Part shown: positions 38,272-46,077 of the stretch, piece by piece | Position numbering within the stretch: position 1 is the first letter of the stretch | Layout: every line of letters begins with the position of its first letter | IMG/VR virus record: IMGVR_UViG_3300018432_000005 | Coordinates: 9,139 to 73,138 of that record | From: a virus | DNA: 64,000 bases | Direction: 5' to 3' (one strand) | Position numbers and translations under genes: made by a program | The notes under the pieces: model-generated | Seen by the model: the letters and a program-made list of their open reading frames with translations, nothing else | Database searches by the model: none | What the model was told of the DNA's origin: nothing

Positions 38272-38309
38272 AGAGTCTCACAAGACGCTTGCACGTGGCA
38301 AGTGTTTAT
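38272..38309 (-). promoter_or_regulatory. Cassette promoter/operator P3
   Basis: ATAAACAC-TTGCCA-CGTGCAAGCG...GACTCT. Confidence 0.75.
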
Positions 38310-38582
38310 CTAGCGGCGTTTGCCGAGGTCGGTGCGCGGCACGCACGGCAGCGCATCGATGCGCGCTTGCTCTTCGGCCGTCAGCGTCTCTTCGACCTCG
38401 ACGCGGAGCGGGCGAGGCGCCTTGCGGGCGGCCAGCTTGGCAAGGCAGCGCGCGCAGGTCACGGCGCTGGCGTTGGGGCTCATGATGCCGCCGCGCAGGC
38501 CCGTGCGGTGCTGCGCCTGCCCGCAGTACATGCGAGCGAAGGTTCCGAGGTTGTCCGCGTGCTGGTAGTGGGTCTTCGTCAT
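38310..38582 (-). CDS. Small Zn-binding hypothetical protein (cassette gene)
   Basis: H...CG...VTCARC; TAG stop abuts P3. Confidence 0.6.
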   Translation of the reverse strand: MTKTHYQHADNLGTFARMYCGQAQHRTGLRGGIMSPNASAVTCARCLAKLAARKAPRPLRVEVEETLTAEEQARIDALPCVPRTDLGKRR

Positions 38583-38632
38583 GAGGGGTGGCTCCGAGCT
38601 CGTCGGCGCGTTTCGTCGCTGCTGACTTACCT

Positions 38633-38670
38633 AGAGTCTCACACTACGCTTGCTAGGAGCAAGCGTTTAT
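38633..38670 (-). promoter_or_regulatory. Cassette promoter/operator P4
   Basis: ATAAACGCTTGC-TCCTA-GCAAGCG...GACTCT. Confidence 0.8.
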
Positions 38671-38884
38671 TCAGGCGCGCATGGCCTCGGCAAGCGCAAG
38701 GCAGAGCGTCGTCGCGCGCGTCTGCAGGGTGGGGTCGTCGATCTCGGCGGCCATCAACTCGGCCTGCCCGACGTGGCGCCCTTGCGTCCAGCGTCTGACC
38801 CGCGCGAAAGGCATGGACTGCGTTGCTCGTGAAGAAGGCGACCTGCAGGAAAGAGCGGTTGTCGGCGCGGCTGACGTTCAACAT
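38671..38884 (-). pseudogene. Frameshifted cassette gene (1-nt insertion or sequencing error)
   Basis: AGGAG RBS and ATG at 38884; removing one base near 38779-38781 gives ...DARRHVGQAELMAAEIDDPTLQ...EAMRA with TGA abutting P4. Confidence 0.55.
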
Positions 38885-38933
38885 GGGGGGGTACTCCTGA
38901 CTCGTCGCAGCGTCCGTCGCTGCTGACTTATCT

Positions 38934-38970
38934 AGAGTCTCATAGTCGCTTGCTTGCTGCAAGCGTTTAT
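38934..38970 (-). promoter_or_regulatory. Cassette promoter/operator P5
   Basis: ATAAACGCTTGC-AGCAA-GCAAGCG...GACTCT. Confidence 0.8.
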
Positions 38971-38971
38971 A

Positions 38972-39487
38972 TCAGTCAGCGAGGCGCACCGCGACCGCGC
39001 GCAGGTACACGCGGGGCTTTGCGGCAGCAGCTGCCGCGCGCCGCTCTGCGGTCAGGCGTGCCGCGATGCGCTCGCGGCTGGCTGCAACGAGCGCGCTGTC
39101 AACGTCGATGTGCAGGTAGAAATTAACGTTCCAGCACTTGTCGCCGCCGTCGTCGGTCGAGTTGTCTTCGTGGTAGGCGCGCGCAATCGCGTCGATCTTG
39201 GCGACCAGCGCGGTGCCCTCGGGGCTGTAGCGGTCGCGGCAGCGTTCGGGCATGTTCCAGTAGGTGCCTTCGGGGTGGTCGAGCCTGTAGTCGACTTGGT
39301 CGGCGTTCGCGATCTCGAAGCCGTCGGGCACCCCGGTCAGCTCGACGCGAATCGAGCTGCCGCCCGCGAAGTTGCTCGTGCGCACGCTGACGGTCACGGC
39401 CGGCAGGCTGCCCGACTTGGTTGCGGCTTTGAGGTCGGCGCGGATCTGCTTGGCAATCTCTGCGGTGCTGGTCGTGCGGCGTGCCAT
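38972..39487 (-). CDS. LPD29-like (large polyvalent protein-associated) domain protein
   Basis: AKQIRADLK...VSVRTSNFAGGSSIRV...IARAYHEDNS...NVNFY; stop 1 nt from P5. Confidence 0.6.
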   Translation of the reverse strand: MARRTTSTAEIAKQIRADLKAATKSGSLPAVTVSVRTSNFAGGSSIRVELTGVPDGFEIANADQVDYRLDHPEGTYWNMPERCRDRYSPEGTALVAKIDAIARAYHEDNSTDDGGDKCWNVNFYLHIDVDSALVAASRERIAARLTAERRAAAAAAKPRVYLRAVAVRLAD

Positions 39488-39538
39488 GGTCGGGTACTGC
39501 TTTCTGCGGGCGGGCGTTTCGTGCCGCTCACAAGAGAT

Positions 39539-39576
39539 AGAATATCGCCAAACGCTGGCACGAGGCAAGCGTTTAT
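39539..39576 (-). promoter_or_regulatory. Cassette promoter/operator P6
   Basis: ATAAACGC-TTGCCT-CGTGCCAGCG...TATTCT (18-nt spacer). Confidence 0.8.
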
Positions 39577-39691
39577 TTAGAGCTGCGCACGAGCTCGACG
39601 AACTTCGTCGGATCGCCGTTGTTGGCGCGCACTGCCGCGTCGCCCAGGCGGTTGGCATGCGCACCCATGCCGCGGCGCTGGTGAGCGTCTG

Positions 39692-39732
39692 CCGCGAAAC
39701 GCTTGCATGCCGCAAGCGTTTCGCGGTACTCT
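39692..39732 (+). promoter_or_regulatory. Cassette promoter/operator P7 with a perfect 15-bp inverted repeat
   Basis: CCGCGAAACGCTTGC-ATGCC-GCAAGCGTTTCGCGG, then TACTCT-N5-ATG. Confidence 0.8.
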
Positions 39733-39737
39733 TAGAC

Positions 39738-40031
39738 ATGGCAAACGAAGTAGCAAAGACGATTGTGCAGCAACTCGGAAACCTCGCCCTGTCCATGATG
39801 GGCGCCTATCAGTTGGTCGCCCTCGACGACGGGCTGCAGTTCGCGATTCGCGGGTCGCGCGCGGTCAGCAAGATCGTGATCAAGCTCGACGCCGGGACCG
39901 ACACCTACACCGTCAGCTTTCACACGGGCCGCGGGCTGGCGCTGAAACTCGTCAGCGAGTCTGACGGCGTCTACGTCGACGCGCTGCACCGCGTGATCGA
40001 GAGCGCGACCGGGCTCGCGACACGGCTCTAA
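39738..40031 (+). CDS. Conserved phage early hypothetical protein (leaderless cassette gene)
   Basis: AKTIVQQLG...MMGA...LDAGTDTYTVSF...GVYVDAL...ESATGL; TAA abuts P8. Confidence 0.7.
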   Translation: MANEVAKTIVQQLGNLALSMMGAYQLVALDDGLQFAIRGSRAVSKIVIKLDAGTDTYTVSFHTGRGLALKLVSESDGVYVDALHRVIESATGLATRL

Positions 40032-40069
40032 ATAAACGCTTGCGTTGTGCGAGCGTCTTCCGCTATGCT
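40032..40069 (+). promoter_or_regulatory. Cassette promoter/operator P8
   Basis: ATAAACGC-TTGCGT-TGTGCGAGCG...TATGCT-N6-ATG. Confidence 0.8.
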
Positions 40070-40075
40070 TATCTC

Positions 40076-40276
40076 ATGGCAGACGGAAAGAGTGACGACG
40101 GCTTCACCGGCTTCAAGACAGCGGCCGCGGCGGCCAGACGGCTGGGAGAGTTGCAGAGCGCGCAGGGGGTCGCGGGCGGGTGCGTTGCCAGGCTGGCGGA
40201 GGGCACCTACGCGGCGAAGCTCGACGGCCGCCTGTACGGCAAGGGTGGAGCCATCAGGGCGGCTGGCGGCGGCTGA
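40076..40276 (+). CDS. Small hypothetical protein (leaderless cassette gene)
   Basis: ATG 6 nt after the -10 of P8. Confidence 0.55.
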   Translation: MADGKSDDGFTGFKTAAAAARRLGELQSAQGVAGGCVARLAEGTYAAKLDGRLYGKGGAIRAAGGG

Positions 40277-40412
40277 GAGGTTGGCGACGGTCGGCGCAAC
40301 GCGGTAAGCTCACGGCGGTCTGCACGCAAAGCGAGAGGCGTTCTTCGACCATGCGTGACCAAGGGGAAGGCGAAAGCCTTCTTTTGTCGGCGCGAGTCGC
40401 TCGTGCAGGCTC

Positions 40413-40589
40413 TTACGACGGCCCGGTGACGCACTCGACTGGGCCCGTGGTGTCTCGGATGCCGTCGTGTCTGTGATAGGCGAGAAACTCGCCCACGATG
40501 GCGACGAACGCCCCGAACGCCATGCCGCAGACGAAGACGAGGATCAGTGTGCTGGGCTCGGGCTCTGCGGGCTCTTTCCAGAGGATCAC
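40413..40589 (-). CDS. 58-aa single-TM peptide
   Basis: GTG coupled to the upstream stop; LILVFVCGMAFGAFVAIVGEFL. Confidence 0.45.
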   Translation of the reverse strand: MILWKEPAEPEPSTLILVFVCGMAFGAFVAIVGEFLAYHRHDGIRDTTGPVECVTGPS

Positions 40590-40810
40590 GACAGCCCCCG
40601 GGCAGCGTTGATCAGCTCGTCGAGCAGCCGCACCACGCGTTCATCCCCGAGCGCCTCGAAGTCTTTTCGGAGCTCGATGAAGGGCCGCAGGACGTCTTCG
40701 CGATGACCTGCGAGCATCTTCGCGAGCGCGATCGCGTGCACGTGCGACACCGCGGCCGCTTCGGCGAGCTCGACCTCGTGCCGGGTCGGAGTGGGGTCGT
40801 CGAGCGATGT
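40586..40810 (-). CDS. Hypothetical protein
   Basis: ORF in the leftward operon; start approximate. Confidence 0.4.
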   Translation of the reverse strand, partial: TSLDDPTPTRHEVELAEAAAVSHVHAIALAKMLAGHREDVLRPFIELRKDFEALGDERVVRLLDELINAARGLS

Positions 40811-41022
40811 CACGTCAGGCGCTCCCGCTCGAGCAGCTCGGCCCGCGCGGCCAGCGCCTGGACCTTCTTCGGCCATCGACTGACGAGGATCGCATCGTAG
40901 ACGCGCTCGCCGCCCTCGACCGTGTGCCAGCGACGAATGCCCCAGCCGCCGACCGTCTTCAAGACGTCGTACCCCGAGCGAGGTGCAGCCGGCGCCGGGC
41001 GCGTGCTGATCGTCCGCGTCAC
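40810..41022 (-). CDS. Hypothetical protein
   Basis: Short ORF after the helicase gene. Confidence 0.45.
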   Translation of the reverse strand: MTRTISTRPAPAAPRSGYDVLKTVGGWGIRRWHTVEGGERVYDAILVSRWPKKVQALAARAELLERERLT

Positions 41023-41026
41023 GCCT

Positions 41027-42328
41027 TCACCATGGGATCTCGTCTCCGTTGTCGTTCTCGACGCTCCCCGCGAGCGCGTTGGCCTCGTCGAGCTCGCCGT
41101 CGCTGTCGAAGTCGTCGTCGCCCAGGTCGTCGAACGCGTCGCTTTGCGGCATCGTGTCGGCGTAGGCCTTCATGCGGGCAACGAGCGCGGTGTTTCGGAC
41201 GGGGGGCGCTTTGGCGCTGGTCGCGACGGCGATCCCCTTCTGGTTGCCGATCAGAATCACGCCCACCTTCGCGCGCGTGATCGCGGTGTAGAAGAGCTGC
41301 CGCGTCAGCATGTACGAGTGCGACGAGTGCACCACGCACACGACCCAACCGAACTCGCTGCCCTGGCACTTGTGCACCGTCAGCGCGTACGCGAGGTCGA
41401 GCGCGAACGCGTCGGCCTTGCTGTAGGTCACCTGCCGGTCGCCGTAGTCGACGATCAGGCGCTCGTGATCAAGCGCGAGGATCTCGCCGACCTCGCCATT
41501 GAAGACGCGCAAGTCGTAGTTGTTGACCGTGTGGATCACGCGGTCGCCCAGGCGCAGCACCGTGTCGCTGATCTTCCATTCGGCCCCGGGCCCGCGCGAG
41601 GGATTGAGCGTGCGTTGCAGAGCCAGATTGAGCGACTCGACGCCCGCTGCGCCCGTCCGCTGCGGCGAGAGCACCTGCGCCCCGGGATGCTCGGGCGAGG
41701 TCACCACGCGGCACACGGCGGCCGCGACGTCGTCGCTCGACTCGGCCTCGATGAATCGGAAGTCAGGGAGGTCGACGAGCTCGAGCTCGGTCCCCGCGAG
41801 CACCTTCGGCGCGTTGCGACATATCCACGACTCGGCCGCCGCTCGATGCACGTGCGTCAGGCGCGCGATCGGCACCGCGTCAGACTCGACGAGGTCGGCG
41901 AGCACGCGGCCCGGGCCGACGCTCGGCAGTTGGTTGGCATCGCCGACGAAGATGATCCGCGCGCGCTTGTCGACCGCCGTGACGAGGTCGGCGGCGAGCT
42001 CGACGTCGAGCATCGAGCTTTCGTCGATGATGACCACGTCGAAGGGCAAGAGGTTGTGGGCGTTGTAGGTCCACCCCATCCGTGTCCAGCCTAGAAGCCG
42101 GTGAATCGTCGAGGCCTCGTAGCCGGTCGCTTCGCTCATTCGTCGCGCTGCCTTGCCCGTAGGCGCCGCCAGCGCGACGCGTTGGCCCTCCTGCAGCAGT
42201 TGCGCGAGCGTCGTGCGCAGCGTCGTCGACTTGCCCGTACCGGGCCCGCCCGTGATGACGCAGAAGGGAGCATGCGCCATCAGCTCGACGGCGCGCTGCT
42301 GCGAGGGGTCAAGATCAAACTGCTGCAT
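41027..42328 (-). CDS. RecD2-like SF1B helicase core (C-terminal part)
   Basis: GGPGTGKST, APTGKAARR, TIHRLL, DESSM, GDANQLPSVGPG, AYALTVHKCQGSE, YTAITRA; acidic tail ending DEIPW. Confidence 0.92.
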   Translation of the reverse strand: MQQFDLDPSQQRAVELMAHAPFCVITGGPGTGKSTTLRTTLAQLLQEGQRVALAAPTGKAARRMSEATGYEASTIHRLLGWTRMGWTYNAHNLLPFDVVIIDESSMLDVELAADLVTAVDKRARIIFVGDANQLPSVGPGRVLADLVESDAVPIARLTHVHRAAAESWICRNAPKVLAGTELELVDLPDFRFIEAESSDDVAAAVCRVVTSPEHPGAQVLSPQRTGAAGVESLNLALQRTLNPSRGPGAEWKISDTVLRLGDRVIHTVNNYDLRVFNGEVGEILALDHERLIVDYGDRQVTYSKADAFALDLAYALTVHKCQGSEFGWVVCVVHSSHSYMLTRQLFYTAITRAKVGVILIGNQKGIAVATSAKAPPVRNTALVARMKAYADTMPQSDAFDDLGDDDFDSDGELDEANALAGSVENDNGDEIPW

Positions 42329-42551
42329 TCTTCTGCCGCCCTTCGATCTCGATGTGCGCCTCGAAGAAAGGAATCGGCGCGAAGTACACATGCAGCGACT
42401 CGGCCGGCGCGATGCAGTCGACGACGTCGCCGCTAGGCAGCGCGATCGACTTCTTCACCCGTCGGCCGTCGCTGCTCGAGCAGCGGCCCCAGAACAGACC
42501 GACGCCCAGATTGCCGGGCTCGAACTTCACGTGCCACCTGACGACCCTCAC
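42315..42551 (-). CDS. Hypothetical protein
   Basis: Coupled ORF. Confidence 0.45.
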   Translation of the reverse strand: MRVVRWHVKFEPGNLGVGLFWGRCSSSDGRRVKKSIALPSGDVVDCIAPAESLHVYFAPIPFFEAHIEIEGRQKNAAV

Positions 42552-42865
42552 GACGTCACCAACTTCTTTGCGCGTGCCATCAGCCCATCGAGCGCGACAT
42601 CTGCGCGGGCCTCGAACTCGGCCTGCTCGTCAGCCTGGGCCTTGTGCGCGGGGCAGTAGTGACGCCGACCGACGGTCGTCCAGCGGTCTTTCATCTGATC
42701 TTCGAGGCACCACGTGGACCCTGCGTCGATGCCGGCGCGGCACTCGTCGCCGTTCTCGTCTCGCGCAGCGCAGCGCACGCTCGCGGGCGGCTTCGGCATG
42801 CCCTGTCCGACTTCACCCGAACGCAGATTCGCGTCAGAATCTTCACCTTTGGCTTTGGTCGCCAT
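42548..42865 (-). CDS. Small Zn-binding hypothetical protein
   Basis: C...C...W......HYCPAH. Confidence 0.5.
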   Translation of the reverse strand: MATKAKGEDSDANLRSGEVGQGMPKPPASVRCAARDENGDECRAGIDAGSTWCLEDQMKDRWTTVGRRHYCPAHKAQADEQAEFEARADVALDGLMARAKKLVTS

Positions 42866-43064
42866 CCTCGCCCCCTTCCGCTTCGAACACCCTTGCCATG
42901 ACCTCGCGCCTGTCGTCGTCGGTCAGCGTCGCCCAGATGGCGCGCAGCATCCGCTCGCTGGCCCTCGCGCGCTCGAGCTCGTGCGCGGTCGTGTTGAGCT
43001 CGGCGCACTTCTCGCGCGTGGTCGCTTCGAGGCGCACGCAGTTGGGGCAGCGAACGAAGCTCAC
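42843..43064 (-). CDS. Small CxxC coiled-coil protein
   Basis: CPNC followed by a helix. Confidence 0.45.
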   Translation of the reverse strand: MSFVRCPNCVRLEATTREKCAELNTTAHELERARASERMLRAIWATLTDDDRREVMARVFEAEGGEDGDQSQR

Positions 43065-43070
43065 GGCCGC

Positions 43071-43424
43071 CTATGCCTCGTCGCGCGGAGCGATCGGCGT
43101 ATTGCCCAGGTCGAACGCGGGCGAGTCGTAGGCCGAGGGCGCCTCGTAAGGGGCGGCGACCACGCGGCCGCGCACCGGCTCGTCGTCGTCGGTCGTCTGC
43201 CCGGGCGGGTTACGCTGCACGAGGCGCAGCCGGCGCGCATCGAACGGTCGACGATGCGGGCCCGAGTCGTCGGCCGCAAACCACACGCAGCCGATATCGA
43301 CGCGGCCGCCTTCGGTCTGCTCGATCTTCTCGACCGTCATGTGCAGTCCGGGCGCGAGCTTGAGCTCGACGACGTCGCCGGGAATGAACGTCGAGGGGCC
43401 TTCTTCTTCTTTGCGGTGCGGCAT
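43071..43424 (-). CDS. YodC/DUF2158-like protein
   Basis: FIPGDVVELKL.PG..MTVE...CVWF. Confidence 0.6.
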   Translation of the reverse strand: MPHRKEEEGPSTFIPGDVVELKLAPGLHMTVEKIEQTEGGRVDIGCVWFAADDSGPHRRPFDARRLRLVQRNPPGQTTDDDEPVRGRVVAAPYEAPSAYDSPAFDLGNTPIAPRDEA

Positions 43425-43483
43425 GGATAGTCCCTTTCGTAGAAACAGACAGGCGGCGATCACTTCTTCCGTCGCGCTGCGCG

Positions 43484-44392
43484 TCACGCGGCAGACTCCC
43501 GCGCGCGCTGGGCTCGACGCGCGAACGCCATCGCGAGCGAGCCTTCGGCGTCGGCGATGCGGGGGAGGTAGATGTTTTGCTCGAGCCGCTCGAGCTTGCC
43601 CGTGCGGATCAGGAGCTCGAGCGCGTTGCGCACCGCGCGCTCGTCGCTGATGCAGACGACCTTGTTCGTCGTCAGCGCGACGAGCTTGCCCGACGCGACG
43701 AAGCAGTGACCCGACTGCGTCGCGGTATCCATCGCGTGCATGAGGCCCGCACAGAGGCGGGCAGGGTCGTCTCTGCGCACGCCCATGCGCATCGCGACGT
43801 CGTCAGAACGTTGCCAGCCGAAGCCGCGCACGCACTCCATGAGCTTGTACGGGTTTTCGCTGATGCGCGACTCGGCATCGCTGCCCCACATCTCGACGAC
43901 CTTCGCCACTTGGTTGTCGGTCAAGCCCCACTGCTTGAAGCGGACCATGCGATCGCGGTCGTGCTTGTGCGCGCGGTAGGCGGCGAGGATCTCGTCGGCG
44001 CGCGGCGGGGTGATGCCGTCGACGACGCACAGACCCATGTGGTCGCCCGTGTCGAGCATCTGCCAAAGGCCATCGACGCCGAAGCGCTCGACGAGCTGTT
44101 CCGCGCGGCGCTTGGAGATCTGCGGGAGCTTGGCGGCAAGCCATCCGACAACGCCGCTTTGGTCTGCAGGCAGCACGACGCGACACGTCTTGACCTTGAA
44201 CTGCTTTCCGTACTTCTGATGATGCGCGAGGTCGCCTTCGAGCTCGAGCGTATCGCCGGGATTGGCGCCGACGAGCTTGCCGACGATCGAGAGGTTGCCC
44301 CCGTCGTGCAGCGTGCGCAGCGTGCCGAAGCCCCAGAAGTCGGAGCCGGCGACGCGGAACGAGACGAGCTCGCCACGGATAGAGTCAGGCAC
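43484..44392 (-). CDS. RecD2 N-terminal (OB + HhH) domains as a separate gene
   Basis: GDTLELEG...HQKYGKQFKV...ISKRRAEQLVERFG...ENPYKLM..VRGFGWQRSD...DDPARL.AGL...GHCF. Confidence 0.85.
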   Translation of the reverse strand: MPDSIRGELVSFRVAGSDFWGFGTLRTLHDGGNLSIVGKLVGANPGDTLELEGDLAHHQKYGKQFKVKTCRVVLPADQSGVVGWLAAKLPQISKRRAEQLVERFGVDGLWQMLDTGDHMGLCVVDGITPPRADEILAAYRAHKHDRDRMVRFKQWGLTDNQVAKVVEMWGSDAESRISENPYKLMECVRGFGWQRSDDVAMRMGVRRDDPARLCAGLMHAMDTATQSGHCFVASGKLVALTTNKVVCISDERAVRNALELLIRTGKLERLEQNIYLPRIADAEGSLAMAFARRAQRARESAA

Positions 44393-44915
44393 AAGCCACC
44401 TTCCTTTGACTGACGCCGCGGCCGCGCGTCTTCGATGCCGTCAGCGCCTGCTCGACCGGCATGCCCTCGCGCACGCGTCGATACACCATGCCGACCGTGA
44501 TGCCGAAGCGCTGCGCCCACTCGGGCAGCGTGCGCGTCACACCGTCGATCGTGACCATGCGCGCGGGGCGCACGATGCCCTGCGCGACGCGCTGCCGGGC
44601 GGCGCACTTGGGCGAGCAGTAGCGCGTGCCGTCCTGAACCTGCGCAGCCGTCAGCGCCCACATGCGGCGGCAGCACGGGCAGCACCGGACGATGGCGTCG
44701 CGCTGCTTGTTGCGCACGCGGCGCGCGCGCTCGTAGCTGCGATGGTAGGCGCGGCCGTGCTCGCGCGAGCGGCGCTCGAGCTGCTTGACGTGGCTGTGCT
44801 CCCGCTCGAGTTGCAGGCGCTGCCACGCAACCGACTCGATCCGGTCCCAGATGTCGCCGCCTGAGAGCGACAAGAACTCGCCCTCGATGCGCGCGAACTC
44901 GACCGGCTCAAACAC
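44385..44915 (-). CDS. Zn-finger plus HNH-associated DNA-binding domain protein
   Basis: CPCC...YCSPKC; TIDGVTRTLPEWAQRFGI...RVREGMPVEQAL; no HNH motif seen. Confidence 0.55.
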   Translation of the reverse strand: MFEPVEFARIEGEFLSLSGGDIWDRIESVAWQRLQLEREHSHVKQLERRSREHGRAYHRSYERARRVRNKQRDAIVRCCPCCRRMWALTAAQVQDGTRYCSPKCAARQRVAQGIVRPARMVTIDGVTRTLPEWAQRFGITVGMVYRRVREGMPVEQALTASKTRGRGVSQRKVACA

Positions 44916-45594
44916 TGGGCTTCCCCTCGCGCTCGGGCCCGTGCTGCATCGCCGCGGCCGGGTGCCCGGTGTGCGTCCAGGTGCCGTCCGGCAGCTCGCG
45001 CATGCCGACTTGGTCGAGCGTCTCGCGGTAGCCCGGGTGCTCGACCTGGGCGCGCTCGAGCCGGTCCTGCCAGCCGGCCGGGGGGTAGTGGTGCGGCTCT
45101 GCGGCGTCGGGCCATTCGGCGAGCTTTGCCCGCGTCGCGGCCGCGCGCGACTCGAGTTGCTCGACGAAGGTCGGCGCGTACTGCCCGCGCGCGAACAGCC
45201 GCCCACGATCGAGCGCGCGCTGCAGCGAGTCGCGGATCTCGAACGGCTCGCGGTCGAGCGCGCGTTCGTCGCACTCGTCGAGCTCGAGCCGCAGTTCGCG
45301 CGCTAGCTTCCAAGGCAGGTCGCACAGCCGCCGATGCTGCACGAAGCGGTCAACCTCGCCCTGCACCATGAAGACGTCCCGCCACGGCACCACGCGCAGG
45401 CCGACACCTTGCTCGACGTACAGCGCGCGCGCGTCGAGCCGCAGCCCCGGTGTCGACAGCTTGCAGGCGAAGCTCGCCTCGGCCTGTCCAAACCAGTAGT
45501 GCAGCGTGGCGAGCTCGCCGGCTTCCAGCGTGCGCGCGACGACGCGGCCGAAGTGCGACAGGCGTCGATCCGAAGGGGCGTCGAGCTCAAGCAT
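44908..45594 (-). CDS. Hypothetical protein
   Basis: Coupled ORF. Confidence 0.5.
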   Translation of the reverse strand: MLELDAPSDRRLSHFGRVVARTLEAGELATLHYWFGQAEASFACKLSTPGLRLDARALYVEQGVGLRVVPWRDVFMVQGEVDRFVQHRRLCDLPWKLARELRLELDECDERALDREPFEIRDSLQRALDRGRLFARGQYAPTFVEQLESRAAATRAKLAEWPDAAEPHHYPPAGWQDRLERAQVEHPGYRETLDQVGMRELPDGTWTHTGHPAAAMQHGPEREGKPSV

Positions 45595-45835
45595 CGAGCC
45601 CCCCTTTCGGCGAGTACGACAGCCCGGCCGAGAAGATCAGCCATGAGATCTGCAGGTCGACGCCGCCGCAGCGGTACGGCCCGCGCTGCACGACATCCTC
45701 GTTTCGCTTGAGCTCGGGCAGCGGCTTGAACCACGCCCGCTCGCCCCCCTCGAAGCGCGCCGCGGTGCATGCAAACAGGTGCACGTAGTGCCCGAGTGCA
45801 GAGAGGGAGAGAGCCGCGTGCGTGTTCCTCGACAT
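45587..45835 (-). CDS. Hypothetical protein
   Basis: Coupled ORF. Confidence 0.4.
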   Translation of the reverse strand: MSRNTHAALSLSALGHYVHLFACTAARFEGGERAWFKPLPELKRNEDVVQRGPYRCGGVDLQISWLIFSAGLSYSPKGGLDA

Positions 45836-46077
45836 CACACCCTCTCGCAGTCGCCGGGGAACGCGAGCACCCATCGGCCCTTGGGGTCGCCGTGTGTATC
45901 GGGGAACGGGTGCACGGCCGCGTCGACGCAGCGCTCGTCGAGCTCGATCCACGCGCAGTCATCGCTGCGACGCAGGCGCTCGACTCGGCCGACCAAGTTG
46001 ACGGGGCGGTCTTCGTGGTCGCGCAAGACGCGCACGCGTTGACCACGCTCGAACAGCTTGACCGGCCGGGCCATCAC
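45835..46077 (-). CDS. Small SH3-like hypothetical protein
   Basis: FERGQRVRV...GRVERL. Confidence 0.5.
   Translation of the reverse strand: MMARPVKLFERGQRVRVLRDHEDRPVNLVGRVERLRRSDDCAWIELDERCVDAAVHPFPDTHGDPKGRWVLAFPGDCERV

Noticed and set aside
39692-39726. Protelomerase (telRL) site
   Set aside because: The palindrome is interrupted, matches the cassette operator, and no TelN-like gene was recognised
37212-40069. Repeated ~38-bp units as a CRISPR array or integron attC sites
   Set aside because: Spacing is roughly 150-700 bp and mostly filled with genes; the units carry -35/-10 boxes, occur in both orientations and lack GTTRRRY cores; no cas or intI genes
44385-44915. Homing endonuclease or intron
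   Set aside because: Only the accessory DNA-binding domain; no HNH or GIY-YIG motif and no interrupted gene
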